A DNA stretch of 64,000 bases from Deltaproteobacteria bacterium (GTDB lineage: Bacteria > Myxococcota > JADLHZ01). Positions within the stretch are counted from its first letter, which is position 1. The number at the start of each line of letters is the position of its first letter. A model generated the notes under the pieces. The model had not been told where the DNA came from and ran no database searches. It saw only the letters and a list, made by a program, of their open reading frames with translations. This document shows positions 51,323 to 61,717 of the stretch, in pieces. The stretch is from NCBI GenBank assembly GCA_020848545.1, contig JADLHZ010000104.1:72306-136305 (forward strand), given 5' to 3'. A program made the translations under genes and the position numbers.

Positions 51323-52837
51323 GTGTTTCTCACTCGGAATGCACGCCGAGCCACTGTGGCTTGCCTCGGTCGGCCGCCAACTCTTGTCGCGGATGGGGTT
51401 GTCTGTCGTTATGCTGCATCGGTGCAGCTTGGTGAGTTTCAGCTCGTACGTAGGCTCGGAAGCGGCGGAATGGGCGAGGTCTTTTTGGTCGAGAGGCGCG
51501 GCCAGAGACTGGTGTTGAAGCGTCCATTGCCGCATCTGGCGAACGATCCCCTCATCAGAGACAGCCTGCGTCGGGAAGCTGCGGTGCTTGCGCGACTCAA
51601 ACACACCTGTATCCCGCGTCTCATCGACGCCGGCGTCATCGATGATGTCCCCTACGTCTGCACCGAGTTCGTCGAAGGTCTCTCCGCTGCGTCGCTTCTC
51701 TCGACATCCGCCACCTTGCCGCCTGGCATCGCGCTGCGCATCGCCGCGGATCTCGCGCAGGCCCTACACCACGCTCACCGCGCCGTCGCAAGCGATGGAA
51801 GCGCCCTGAACCTCGTGCATCGCGACGTATCACCTGCGAACATCATTGTCGGGAAGGATGGGATAGCCCGCGTGATCGACTTCGGCATCGCCAAGACCGA
51901 GTTCACAGAGCAGACCACGACAGGTCGAATCAAAGGCAAGTTTCGTTACATGTCACCTGAGCAGCTTGCAGGTGAGTTGGTCGATGCGCGTTCAGACATC
52001 TTTTCTGCGGGTGTCGTATTGTACGAGCTCTTGACGAGGACGCCCCCGTTCGACGCGAAAAGCGAGCTCGCATTGCTCAACGCCATCGCCCATTCCACGC
52101 CTCTCAAACCCTCAGAACACGGAGCGCCGCTTGTGCTCGACGCGATCGTATTGCGTGCGCTCGAGAAGGCACCGGAGCGGCGCTACGCTTCGGCGGCGCA
52201 GTTCGAAGCCGCCTTGCTCGAACAGTTGCTCGCGCTGGGAACAGGCAACGACCATCGTGCGGTCGCAGCCTACCTCGCCGCCCAAATTTCGACTGATCCG
52301 GTGTTGCCTTCGCAGAGCGCGGAACCTGCAGCGACCCGGCCGAGTACGTCCGAGACCAAAGGTTTTTCCGTGCGCGGAACGACGTACGGCATCGATCGCG
52401 TCGGCCGTGTCCTTGTCCAACTAGACACCAAACCGCCAGACGTGGCCCACTTGAACAGGTTCTTCGATCTACTCGACGCATTGGTCTCTTCGACAGAAGG
52501 AGATGTGGGCACGCTCTGGGTGATCTCGCCGGCGCGTCATCAAAAAGCTTCGCTGTCGGGCGAAGCACGTGCGCGTTTGGTGCAGCGTATTCGCAAGACT
52601 CCGCTGCGCGTGACGAAGATCGCCGTGGTGCTGGAAACGCCTGGCTTCATTCGCATCGCCGTCAAGCCGCTGATCGTGTTGCTTGCCAAGTTCGCCAGCG
52701 GGCGAAGGGATTATCGAATCTTCGATACGGTGGAGCAAGCGTCGGAGTGGATGGTCCAATCGCTGCACGATGGGCCGCCCGCGGCTGAGCTCGTCGCTGC
52801 GGTCGCGACCTTGCGCGCCGAGATTAGAAAAGCCTGA
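51323..52837 (+). CDS. Ser/Thr protein kinase with uncharacterised C-terminal domain
   Basis: GSGGMGEVFL, HRDVSPANIIV, DFG, YMSPEQ motifs; GTG start, true start uncertain. Confidence 0.85.
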   Translation: MFLTRNARRATVACLGRPPTLVADGVVCRYAASVQLGEFQLVRRLGSGGMGEVFLVERRGQRLVLKRPLPHLANDPLIRDSLRREAAVLARLKHTCIPRLIDAGVIDDVPYVCTEFVEGLSAASLLSTSATLPPGIALRIAADLAQALHHAHRAVASDGSALNLVHRDVSPANIIVGKDGIARVIDFGIAKTEFTEQTTTGRIKGKFRYMSPEQLAGELVDARSDIFSAGVVLYELLTRTPPFDAKSELALLNAIAHSTPLKPSEHGAPLVLDAIVLRALEKAPERRYASAAQFEAALLEQLLALGTGNDHRAVAAYLAAQISTDPVLPSQSAEPAATRPSTSETKGFSVRGTTYGIDRVGRVLVQLDTKPPDVAHLNRFFDLLDALVSSTEGDVGTLWVISPARHQKASLSGEARARLVQRIRKTPLRVTKIAVVLETPGFIRIAVKPLIVLLAKFASGRRDYRIFDTVEQASEWMVQSLHDGPPAAELVAAVATLRAEIRKA

Positions 52838-52900
52838 TTTGGCAGACGCCTGGGTCACGCAGCGTGGGTCGGGTTCTCGCGAGTGTGAGATTGCGGGTGT

Positions 52901-55066
52901 CTATTGTCCCAAGCAAAGCAGGTGTAGCCCCGTCGTTGGCTTCGGCTCTGCCGTGTAGCCGGTGCCGTCGCAGCCTCGGTAGTGTCCTGCGAGCCAATGG
53001 GTGTAGCCGCGCGTTTGCCAGGCAGCGTGCGTGACCCAGACCCGCGCGAAGGGGTTCGCGATCGTGTAGTCGATGCAGTTCCCGACGTTGAAGCCATAGG
53101 TGGTGGAGTAGGCGTTCTCGCCATCGAGGCCGTAAAGCACACGATCCGCCCACGTGTCGGGCGTGCCGTCGCCATCGAGATCCTTGTTGGGTACGCCGGC
53201 GGGAATCGGCAGCGCTGGCGGCGTCCCCGTCAGAATCTCCGCGTCCGTGTCGACGAGCGGCGTGCCGAACTCGGTGAGCAAGCGACTCGACGGCACGCCC
53301 TGTTCGAGGTCGGCGATCGAAATGACATCTCCGGCCTGATTGTACCAAGGCCCAGCGCCAACCCGTTTCGTGCCCAGCTCTCGGTTGGCGACGGCCGCCA
53401 CCGAGAGCAACGCCTTCCAGGTGCGCGCCTTGACGGCTGGTGGCGCAGAAGACGCGTTGATCGCGGCGCTACAGACGGCATCCGCCTGAAGGACGCTGCC
53501 GACCGCCGCACCCGAGGGGCCACCTATGCCGGTGCTGGTGACGAAAAACGACAGCGTGTTCGAGCCGGTGCTGCCAGTCGAGCCGGTGCTGCCGGTCGAG
53601 CCGGTGCTGCCGGTCGAGCCGGTGCTGCCGGTCGAGCCGGTGCTGCCGGTGCTCGCATCAGAACCCTTGGTCACGAGGACGGTGACGGCGGCGGTGCGGA
53701 TCAGGTCGCCGGAGCGAGTCGCGTTTCCGCCTCGCGCGACGAGCTTCAGTTGGTACACGCTTGGAAGAAAGTTGGATCCGGCGGGTACGTTTTCGCCCAC
53801 GTGCAGGGTGACCCGGGTCGGACTGTCCTGAAGGGCGAGGGGAAGCGATCCCCGCGGGTCGGTGTTGAGCAAGACCTCACGATAAACGCTGCCATCGAGA
53901 ACATTGCCCGCCGCATCTTCTAGCCAAATTGCATCCGGCGAACGCACGTTGAGAGGTTGTATGGATGCTCCGACGGCTTCGAGCCCGTAACTGATCTGAT
54001 AGCCCCACTGGTCAATGCACGAGGCGTTGATGGTGAGGGGGGCGCTGCGACGACACTGTGTGTTGGCACAGGTCTCGAGACTGACGAGTTGCAAATCGGA
54101 GCGCTCATCGTCGGTGAGTGTCTCGGGGCGCAAGATCCAAATGCCAAAGTCTCGCGCGTGGGTTGGGCCGGTTGCTACACGACGCGGCTCTAGCGAACTA
54201 TACACTCCATCCAGGGGCGGCAGGTCAGCGGGGGTATCGATCGCAAAGAAGTAGTGATCGAAGCCTCCGCTCGCGCTGCGCAGGGCCCGGACGTACTGCG
54301 TGTCGCTTGAGGCGGTGATGACGGCCGTGCCGGTTGAATCAGGGATGCGAAAGGCGTCCGTCTGAGACTCCGCACCAAGCAGCGCCGCCTCCCAGCACCC
54401 GGACCCGTTCACGCAAGCGTCAACGCGCGAAATGCTGTGCCACCCGCTTCCATAGGAAACGAACGCGCGATTGCACACCGAGTCGAGTCCATCCTCAATG
54501 ATGAAGGGATCACGCAACCAACGCACGCTCGGTGCGATGTCTACTGGTCTCCGAATCGATCGAAACGCGAAGAATTCACCAGCTTGGCCATCGCTCTGAA
54601 CAAAGTTCCCAAACCATCCGTTTGAAACAGTCGTCGTGCCGGTGAGCCTCAGCGACTGATCATCGGTAGGTGTGCTCAGTCGCAATTCAATATCGAACAG
54701 AGGGCACCCGTCCGCATTGGTTGCGCGAAAGCTACCAGAGACGGAACCCGTGAAAGGCCCAGCGAAATCACCTACCGAATCAGTGACGTCTTGTAACGTG
54801 TCGGCGCACAAGGGCGTATCTTGGCGGACGCGCAAGCTTGCGCGAGTGTATAGGAACAGCTTTGGAGCCTCGTAGTATGGCTGCCCTCTGTTGGTATAAG
54901 TAAGGACGTAGGTCCAGTCTTCCGGATCCCGCGCCAAGTCATCAGCACCACCCGCCGCCCCCGTATCGCTGCTGCCTGAGCAAGCGCCGGGCGACGCACC
55001 CAGCAGCAGTGAAACAAGGCATAGGAGAACACAAGCTTGGCTGACGGGGCGCGTTTGCGTCTGCAT
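52901..55066 (-). CDS. Secreted lipoprotein with a (Gly-Ser-Thr)n linker
   Basis: Internal ATG with signal peptide (MQTQTRPVSQACVLLCLVSLLLGASPGACSG); central GSTGSTGSTGSTGSTGSTGSTGSTGS linker; C-terminal Cys-containing domain. Confidence 0.6.
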   Translation of the reverse strand: MQTQTRPVSQACVLLCLVSLLLGASPGACSGSSDTGAAGGADDLARDPEDWTYVLTYTNRGQPYYEAPKLFLYTRASLRVRQDTPLCADTLQDVTDSVGDFAGPFTGSVSGSFRATNADGCPLFDIELRLSTPTDDQSLRLTGTTTVSNGWFGNFVQSDGQAGEFFAFRSIRRPVDIAPSVRWLRDPFIIEDGLDSVCNRAFVSYGSGWHSISRVDACVNGSGCWEAALLGAESQTDAFRIPDSTGTAVITASSDTQYVRALRSASGGFDHYFFAIDTPADLPPLDGVYSSLEPRRVATGPTHARDFGIWILRPETLTDDERSDLQLVSLETCANTQCRRSAPLTINASCIDQWGYQISYGLEAVGASIQPLNVRSPDAIWLEDAAGNVLDGSVYREVLLNTDPRGSLPLALQDSPTRVTLHVGENVPAGSNFLPSVYQLKLVARGGNATRSGDLIRTAAVTVLVTKGSDASTGSTGSTGSTGSTGSTGSTGSTGSTGSTGSNTLSFFVTSTGIGGPSGAAVGSVLQADAVCSAAINASSAPPAVKARTWKALLSVAAVANRELGTKRVGAGPWYNQAGDVISIADLEQGVPSSRLLTEFGTPLVDTDAEILTGTPPALPIPAGVPNKDLDGDGTPDTWADRVLYGLDGENAYSTTYGFNVGNCIDYTIANPFARVWVTHAAWQTRGYTHWLAGHYRGCDGTGYTAEPKPTTGLHLLCLGQ
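53561..53650. repeat. Five tandem copies of an 18 bp unit (cgagccggtgctgccggt) within the lipoprotein CDS
   Basis: Seen directly in the sequence; in-frame on the minus strand, encoding the GST repeats; copies nearly identical. Confidence 0.7.
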
Positions 55067-55206
55067 GGAAGGACCTCGGCTCTCTTCCACGAGCAAGCAC
55101 AGTGCCAGATGCATGGCGCTTGACGGGTTGGCGCTACCAACCAAGCTGATGCGACTTCATGCTGGGCGAGCCACAGTGGCTCGCCCAGCGCGCTGGCCAC
55201 GCGCGG

Positions 55207-56517
55207 CTACTTTCTGAACGACTCGGGGGAGAGAGAGAAGCGCTTCAGCCAACGATAGATCTGTTTGCGATCGGCATCGAGCGCTTTGGCGAGCGCCACC
55301 ACGTTGCCCTTGCTTTGCTCCAAGGCCGCGACGAAGGCCTCCTTGCTCATGGGGGGGCTCGGCGAGCGTCGCTTGACCCGTCCGATTGGCGTGTCTGCGG
55401 CCTGGTTCGCGATGGCGGGTGTCGTTGTCTCGGGCGTGCACGACGTGAGCAACGTGCTGATCGGAGTACCCAATGCGAAGCGTTGCAACACCGAACGGAG
55501 TTCGCGCACGTTGAGCGGCCAGTCGAAACACAGCAAACGCTCGAGATCGTCGACAGTGAGCACTTCGTTGGGCGGCATGAGCGCGGCAGCGATCAGGGGA
55601 ATATCCTCTTTTCTCGCGCGCAAAGGTGGGACGTGAAGCAGCCCAGCGCTGAGGCGCGCGAAGAGATCGCGACGAAAGTGCTTGGCACCCGGAAGATCAA
55701 TGGCCGCATTGGTCGCCGCCACGATTCGGGCGTTCGACTTCTCGGCCTTGCGCGCGCCCACCGGCGTGAAGTCCAGCGTCTCGAGCACACGCAGGAGCTT
55801 GGCTTGCTGCGACTGCGGCATCTCGCCGACTTCGTCGAGAAAAAGCGTGCCGTCTCTGGCCTGCTCGAACGCGCCGCTGGCATCGGTGCTCGCTCCAGTG
55901 AATGCACCTTTGACATGACCGAACATGTACGACTCGAAGAGCGTCTCAGGGATGGCTGAGACGTTGACGGGAACGAGCTGGCCTTTGCGCTCGCTCTGCG
56001 CGTGTAAACGGCGCGCGAGCAGCTCCTTGCCCGAGCCGGTCTCGCCGATCAGCAGCACGGGTAACTCCGTGCGCGCGAGCGCGTCGAGCGCACTGAGGAG
56101 TGAGGTCAAGGTGGCCGAGCGACCGATCAATTCACCGCTCGTTGCCGGCGGCCCCTCGGGAAGCTGCGTCCAGATGAACAAGGTGTCGCCGATGCGAAGC
56201 ACGTCGTGTGCGCGCAGCGTAGAGCGTTGCACCTTGGCTCCGTTGACGAAGGTGCCGTTCTTGCTGCCGGCGTCCTCAACCACGACCGCGTCGCCCTGCC
56301 TGGTCAGCACCGCGTGGCGACGCGAGGCTCGCTCGTCCTGGGTGAGCGCAATGTCGACGGTCTCGCCACCGCCGCGGCCGAGCGACAGCTGTTTAGACAC
56401 AGCGTGACTGACGCCCTCGAGCGCTGCGTTTGCGTAGCGAACGACGATCAAGCCGAATTGCGGCGAGGCAGGCGCTGCTTGGCCACGGTCGATCCGGGAG
56501 ACAGTGCTGTTGGCCAT
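55207..56517 (-). CDS. Sigma-54-dependent transcriptional activator with N-terminal FHA domain
   Basis: FHA-like N-terminus; AAA+ sigma-54 interaction domain (GETGSGKE, GAFTGA, LFLDEVGEM); C-terminal HTH; ATG at 56517 (ORF begins at TTG 56526). Confidence 0.9.
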   Translation of the reverse strand: MANSTVSRIDRGQAAPASPQFGLIVVRYANAALEGVSHAVSKQLSLGRGGGETVDIALTQDERASRRHAVLTRQGDAVVVEDAGSKNGTFVNGAKVQRSTLRAHDVLRIGDTLFIWTQLPEGPPATSGELIGRSATLTSLLSALDALARTELPVLLIGETGSGKELLARRLHAQSERKGQLVPVNVSAIPETLFESYMFGHVKGAFTGASTDASGAFEQARDGTLFLDEVGEMPQSQQAKLLRVLETLDFTPVGARKAEKSNARIVAATNAAIDLPGAKHFRRDLFARLSAGLLHVPPLRARKEDIPLIAAALMPPNEVLTVDDLERLLCFDWPLNVRELRSVLQRFALGTPISTLLTSCTPETTTPAIANQAADTPIGRVKRRSPSPPMSKEAFVAALEQSKGNVVALAKALDADRKQIYRWLKRFSLSPESFRK

Positions 56518-56612
56518 GTCAGACAATTACTTGCTCGAGTCATGGTAGGACAAGATCTTCGCGTCTGACGTCAAAAGGACATGCCGTTCGGCTGCTTTCG
56601 CGAGCGAAGCGA

Positions 56613-57143
56613 ATGAGCCTCGGTTGGTTCGCAGACGACGTGTGCCTTGGCGCTCCTGATGGTGTGGCTCGCGGTGCGGCTCGCGGCGTGGCTCCGCATA
56701 CGTGGCTCAAGAAGAATCCGCGCAGTCGCAGGCCGATGGCGACCTCGTGGGTCGCGCCTCGCGGGCAGCGAGCGCCTGGTACGCACCGTGCATTTTTCCG
56801 CGCCATGGGCGACCCGAGTCAACGCGCGTATGGTTCTCGACTGCTCAAGGAAGTCGCCGAGGACTATCAGACGAGCACGCGCACATTGCAGCGGAGGTTC
56901 GCCGCCAAAGGCGTCCGCTTCCGCGATCTGCGAAACGACGCGCAAACGAACACGGCCAAGCAACTGCTTCTGATCGGCCGGTATACCGTTCGCGAAGTCG
57001 CAGCACAGCTCGGCTACGCTACGTCCTCGAGCTTCTGTCGCGCGTTCAAACGCAACGCCGGCTGCACGCCGCGCGAGTATGTGACCAACGCGGCTGCTCG
57101 CCCTGACGGCTCGGGGGCTCAGCCTGAGCTCGACAATTCTTGA
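56613..57143 (+). CDS. AraC-family HTH domain protein
   Basis: C-terminal AraC-type HTH (TLQRRFAAKGVRFRDLRNDAQTNTAKQLL...VREVAAQLGYATSSSFCRAFKRNAGCTPREY); N-terminal extent uncertain. Confidence 0.5.
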   Translation: MSLGWFADDVCLGAPDGVARGAARGVAPHTWLKKNPRSRRPMATSWVAPRGQRAPGTHRAFFRAMGDPSQRAYGSRLLKEVAEDYQTSTRTLQRRFAAKGVRFRDLRNDAQTNTAKQLLLIGRYTVREVAAQLGYATSSSFCRAFKRNAGCTPREYVTNAAARPDGSGAQPELDNS

Positions 57144-57188
57144 TCTTCCGGCGCGGACCGCCGCAACGCGAGCGATGGGGGCGACGCG

Positions 57189-59543
57189 ATGAACATCGGT
57201 CGACTGACTGAAATTGTCGCCCAGGCGATCACCAGCGAGCAAACGCTGGCGGCCAACCTGACGCGGGCGCGAGAACGCGTCGAAGCTGTGCCTGCCGACG
57301 AGGAGGGATGGTTCGCACTGGTGGTCGCGACGGCGATGACAGGCGACGCGCGCGTGATCGATCACGCGATCGTGTCGGCGCGGGTGAAGGTGTCGAGCAG
57401 CGACGCACTGCAGCTGTGTGTCGCCTTTGCTTCCTGGCGCGCACGCGAGACACGTCGCGCGCTCCGCAGCCTCACGGAGTCGCCCGCTTGCGATCTGCGC
57501 GTCGCCATCGCGGCGCTCATGCACCCGACGTCAGAGGATGAACCGTTGCGAGATCTGCGACTGGAGGCGCTGCGCGGGCTCCGTGCGGAGGCGGAAGGTC
57601 GGTGCCACGTCCCGAGCGGCGATCACTGGTTAGAACTGGCGCACCGATTGCGCGCGGTAAGGCAAGGGCTCGCCGTCGAGGCGTCACCGGTCGATCTCTT
57701 GGTCGACCTCGAGTCGGCCTTGACCCTCGCCGATCGATTGGAGGTCGACTTCGAGCGGGGCCTCGCGTTCGAGCTTCGCGCGGCGGCGCTCGCCGCGAAC
57801 GATGCGTCGGACGCGGATGTTACCGCGGCCTTGTCCCATGCCGCTCGCGCCTACCTGGCAGTCGGCGCCTACAAAGAGGCCCAGGCGCTTTCGCCGATGT
57901 TCTCGCGCTTCGGCGCGCGGGCGAGCGACGGGCACGTGCCGCAGCGCCTGCGCCGTGCGATTCGCGAGAGCGTTGCCGAGACGCACGCAATCCGCGATTG
58001 CGTGGGGGCGCTCAACGACACCGTCAGCGCCCACGCCGGGCCGCGCGAGCTCGTCGGCCACCTCGAGTGCTTGGAAGATCAAGTCGCGCTCATCCAACGC
58101 TACACAGATCAGACGGTGGGCGTGCGAGAACGCGAGTACCGTGCGGGAGGCATGATCGAGTCACTGATCGAGCTGCAGGGAACCGAGCTCGTCTGCCAAG
58201 CGCTCGTCGCAACGGTGTACGCTGATTGTCAGGCTCGGGGATGTTTGGTCTGCCGTTGGGATCAGCGCGTCACGTCGATCGTCGCACGGGCTGGGGCGTC
58301 GGTGGAGGGAGCCGAGGGAACGGTACGCTACGCTCTCGACGAAGCAAGCCAGCTCGCGATGATTGTCTTGCCTCACGAGCGGGCTGACGATGAAGATCGC
58401 GCCCGGGTGCGGCGGTTGGTCGCTGCTACACGACTCGCGCTGGATCGCTTGGCGTTGCGGCGAGATGTCGACGGGTTGCGCGAACAACTGCGTCTCGTCG
58501 GGCAAACCCCGAACCTCCAAGCCAGAGCAGAAGGCCGAGGCAACACGCGCTACCAGCTCAAAGACTTCGTCGGCCGTTCGCCCTCAGCCCGCGCCGCTGT
58601 CGAAGCAGCAGAACGGGCGGCGCGAACCGACCTGCCCGTCTTGATCATCGGCGAGACAGGCACCGGCAAAGAGCTCATCGCGCAAGCGATCCATGCGGCA
58701 TCGCCGCGAAAGGATGCGCCGTTCGTCGCGCTCAATATGGCTGCGATACCTCTCGAGCTGTTCGAGGCGGAGCTGTTTGGTTACGAGGCAGGGGCATTCA
58801 CGGGCGCCAATCCGCGAGGGGCGCAGGGAAAACTGGAGCTGGCCGGTGACGGGACGCTGCTGCTCGACGAAATCGGCGATCTGCCCTTCGTCATGCAGGC
58901 TAAGCTCTTGCGAGCGATCCAAGAACGGCGGTTTCGTCGCGTGGGTGGGCAAAAAGAGCACATGTTCTTCGCGCGTGTGATCGCGACCACGAATGTCGAT
59001 TTACCGACGAAGGTCAAGAACGAAGCCTTTCGCGCCGATCTCTATTATCGGCTCGCGGGAGTGCGGATTTCGCTACCGCCGCTACGGGAGCGACGCGAAG
59101 ACATTCCCGATCTCGTGAACCACTACATCGCGCGCGCGTGTGCTCGCTTGGGTCGCGCGCGGGTCGACGTCGCAGCGATCGTCATGCAGTCTTTGCGTGC
59201 GCGGCAGTGGCCGGGCAACGTGAGAGAGCTCGAGATGGCGATCGAAAGAGCGATTGCGGCCCTGCCGGAACACAGCCGTCTTTGGGATCGTAGCGGTGAG
59301 GAAGAGCACGAAACCGGACCGACGCTACACTCGGTTCGAACCTTGTCGTCGACCGTCGATGTCGCGATCCGGGACCTGTTCGTCGACGCGATCACACGGA
59401 CTTCCGGCGATGTGACGCGCATGTCTCGCGAGCTTGGGATGTCGAAGGTGACGGTGTATGCGAAGCTGAAGCGCCTCGGGCTTACCGACACATTGGAGCA
59501 AGCGAGGCTCGAGCGACGCGCCGTACAAAAGACGACGCAGTGA
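57189..59543 (+). CDS. Sigma-54-dependent transcriptional activator with large N-terminal sensory region
   Basis: About 470 aa N-terminal region of unknown type; AAA+ sigma-54 domain (GETGTGKE, GAFTGA, LLLDEIGDL); C-terminal HTH; ATG start. Confidence 0.9.
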   Translation: MNIGRLTEIVAQAITSEQTLAANLTRARERVEAVPADEEGWFALVVATAMTGDARVIDHAIVSARVKVSSSDALQLCVAFASWRARETRRALRSLTESPACDLRVAIAALMHPTSEDEPLRDLRLEALRGLRAEAEGRCHVPSGDHWLELAHRLRAVRQGLAVEASPVDLLVDLESALTLADRLEVDFERGLAFELRAAALAANDASDADVTAALSHAARAYLAVGAYKEAQALSPMFSRFGARASDGHVPQRLRRAIRESVAETHAIRDCVGALNDTVSAHAGPRELVGHLECLEDQVALIQRYTDQTVGVREREYRAGGMIESLIELQGTELVCQALVATVYADCQARGCLVCRWDQRVTSIVARAGASVEGAEGTVRYALDEASQLAMIVLPHERADDEDRARVRRLVAATRLALDRLALRRDVDGLREQLRLVGQTPNLQARAEGRGNTRYQLKDFVGRSPSARAAVEAAERAARTDLPVLIIGETGTGKELIAQAIHAASPRKDAPFVALNMAAIPLELFEAELFGYEAGAFTGANPRGAQGKLELAGDGTLLLDEIGDLPFVMQAKLLRAIQERRFRRVGGQKEHMFFARVIATTNVDLPTKVKNEAFRADLYYRLAGVRISLPPLRERREDIPDLVNHYIARACARLGRARVDVAAIVMQSLRARQWPGNVRELEMAIERAIAALPEHSRLWDRSGEEEHETGPTLHSVRTLSSTVDVAIRDLFVDAITRTSGDVTRMSRELGMSKVTVYAKLKRLGLTDTLEQARLERRAVQKTTQ

Positions 59544-59572
59544 TCCGTTCGTCGAGCGTTCGCGAGATGGTC

Positions 59573-61645
59573 TCACGGGCGGTCGTAGAAGAAGCCCACC
59601 GTCGCCCAGAACCTGGGCCCAACGGCCTCACCCGAGTTCGACTCGCCGCGGTAGGCAAAGGTGCCCGGCGTGCGAAAGCGAAACCAGCGAATATCCAGCA
59701 GGTTCAGCACCGAGGCCGACACCTGCCAGCGCTTCTTCGCGTCGAGCCAATAACTCGCCTTGGCGTTCACGATCACTCGGCCGGGCACGTCGGTAGGGCT
59801 CGTCGGGTCAGCCTGCGCTTGGTCGTGAAAGAAGACCTGGGTCGAGACAGCGAACGATCGCCACGTATAGTCGACCCCAAAACCGGCCACGTGCATGATG
59901 CTGTTGGCGACGAGGGTGTACTGAAGAAAGAGGTGGAGATTCTCGATCGGCCGCGCATCGATGCGGGCAACGGCGCCGGGAATCGGCGTCTCGATGGTGC
60001 CGAGGTAGAACGGTAGCTTGAAGCGCCCCCCCATCTCTGGCTGGTAGAGCGGTTGCCCGAGGTATTCGGTCGTGGGGTCGTTGTAGGCGGTCGCGTTCGG
60101 AGCCACGAGGTTCAACGCGTAGGCAATGTAAGGCTCCAAGCGAACTGACAACCAGCGAAACTTGCCGAGCCAGCTGAGGCCCACCGAGTGCACCACCTCG
60201 TCACGCAGGTTCGGGTTGCCGACGAAGAATATTTGGCCATCGCCGCCGACGAAGGTTGCCGCGCGCTCAGTGCCGGACGGTGTTCGCGATGCGCTGGCGT
60301 ACTCCAGGCGCAGCGAGTGCTCCTGATTGATGAGCCAGACGATTGAAGCGCGCGGTGAGAACGACAAGAATTGAAACGGATTCCCCTGACCTTGCGAAAC
60401 GTGGATGTCGCCGCGGAGCCCGAGGGTGATGAGCAACTGTTTGATCGGCCGGTAGTTGTCTTCGGCGAAGATGCCGAATTGCAGCAGCGTTTTGCCGATC
60501 GGCGCGTAGGCGTCGCAGTCGTTGAGCGTGCCGCGCAGAAGAACGCCGATCGCCAGCGTGTTGCCGAAGAACGTCGGTAGATTGTACGTCCCTTTGGTCT
60601 CTATCGTCTTCGATGCGAAGATGATGCTCGGCGCCGGGAGCGCGACGCGCGGGCTGTAGTGCATCGTGTAGCTGCGAAACGAGGTGACGAGGGTGAGTTG
60701 ATCGTCGCGGATGCTCCGCTGCTTCTCGACGGTGAAAGTGAACGCATAGTCCAATTGCTCGTTGGGACCACCGTCGATAATCTCCAAAATGCCGGTCTTG
60801 TACGCGAAGTCGCCCTGCAATCGGAGATTCCAACCGTTCACGTCTTGCACGACGTCGAGCATCGCGGAGACTCTGCGGCCGGGAAGCGTCAGGATCTGGC
60901 CCGAGTCCGTGTGGTACCCGAACGTCGGCGTGTACTGCGCGCCGACGGACAGCTGAACGCCACCACTGCCCCAGCCGTGTCCGTACTGCGTGTAGGCGTT
61001 GGTATATGGCAAAAGGCGGTACGGCGCCCCTGGCGTGAGCTCGGCGCCAACGACGCCGCCGCCATCGATCTGGGCCGTCGCACGGTCGCCCTGCCGGGGC
61101 GGCCTCCTGCGCGTAATGCTGAGCACTCCGTTGAAGGCGTTCGGTCCATAGAGTGTCGAGGAGGGCCCGTTGACCACCTCTATGCGTTCGATGTCCTGCA
61201 GATTGAGCAGCGTCTTGTCATAGAGTTGGATGCTGTCGCTCGACATCGTTCGACCGTCGACCAGCACCAGCGTTTGGACGTCGGGAAATCCGCCCCAAAA
61301 GCGGAGCCCCGAATCAGGGTTCGAAAGCGAGTAGTCGCGGATCAACGTCCCTGGGATCATCCGTAGGGAGTCGACTAAGCTCATCGCGGCCGTGTTGCGC
61401 AGGGTCTTCTCGTCGATCACCCACACGCTGGTCGGCGCTTCGCGCAGTGTCGTCGTTCGCGCGCTGCCCAAGGTGATGGCGGCGTACTCTTCCGCGACGA
61501 AGCCGAAGATGTCGACAGGCTGCGATGCTGGTTGCGACGTGGGCGCGTCTTCCGCACGGACCGCGTGTGGCGCGCACAGCATGACGATGAAGGTCGCACA
61601 GAGCTTGATCGGAGCTTCCCTCGACACATGCGATCGACAGGTCAT
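59573..61645 (-). CDS. TonB-dependent receptor-like outer-membrane protein
   Basis: Signal peptide; plug-like N-terminal domain (VIDEKTLRNTAAMSLVDSLRMIPG, VVNGPSSTLYGPNAFNGVLSI); long Gly/Tyr/Thr-rich beta-barrel-like body. Confidence 0.65.
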   Translation of the reverse strand: MTCRSHVSREAPIKLCATFIVMLCAPHAVRAEDAPTSQPASQPVDIFGFVAEEYAAITLGSARTTTLREAPTSVWVIDEKTLRNTAAMSLVDSLRMIPGTLIRDYSLSNPDSGLRFWGGFPDVQTLVLVDGRTMSSDSIQLYDKTLLNLQDIERIEVVNGPSSTLYGPNAFNGVLSITRRRPPRQGDRATAQIDGGGVVGAELTPGAPYRLLPYTNAYTQYGHGWGSGGVQLSVGAQYTPTFGYHTDSGQILTLPGRRVSAMLDVVQDVNGWNLRLQGDFAYKTGILEIIDGGPNEQLDYAFTFTVEKQRSIRDDQLTLVTSFRSYTMHYSPRVALPAPSIIFASKTIETKGTYNLPTFFGNTLAIGVLLRGTLNDCDAYAPIGKTLLQFGIFAEDNYRPIKQLLITLGLRGDIHVSQGQGNPFQFLSFSPRASIVWLINQEHSLRLEYASASRTPSGTERAATFVGGDGQIFFVGNPNLRDEVVHSVGLSWLGKFRWLSVRLEPYIAYALNLVAPNATAYNDPTTEYLGQPLYQPEMGGRFKLPFYLGTIETPIPGAVARIDARPIENLHLFLQYTLVANSIMHVAGFGVDYTWRSFAVSTQVFFHDQAQADPTSPTDVPGRVIVNAKASYWLDAKKRWQVSASVLNLLDIRWFRFRTPGTFAYRGESNSGEAVGPRFWATVGFFYDRP

Positions 61646-61717
61646 GTGTCAGTATCCGACGTGGCGTTCAAATTGCGATGTCCATTTTGCGTCACGCGCG
61701 CCCGGGGTGCGCGCCGC

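Noticed and set aside
53561-53650. 18 bp tandem repeat as a CRISPR array
   Set aside because: Units are contiguous with no spacers and lie in frame inside a CDS, encoding a GST linker.
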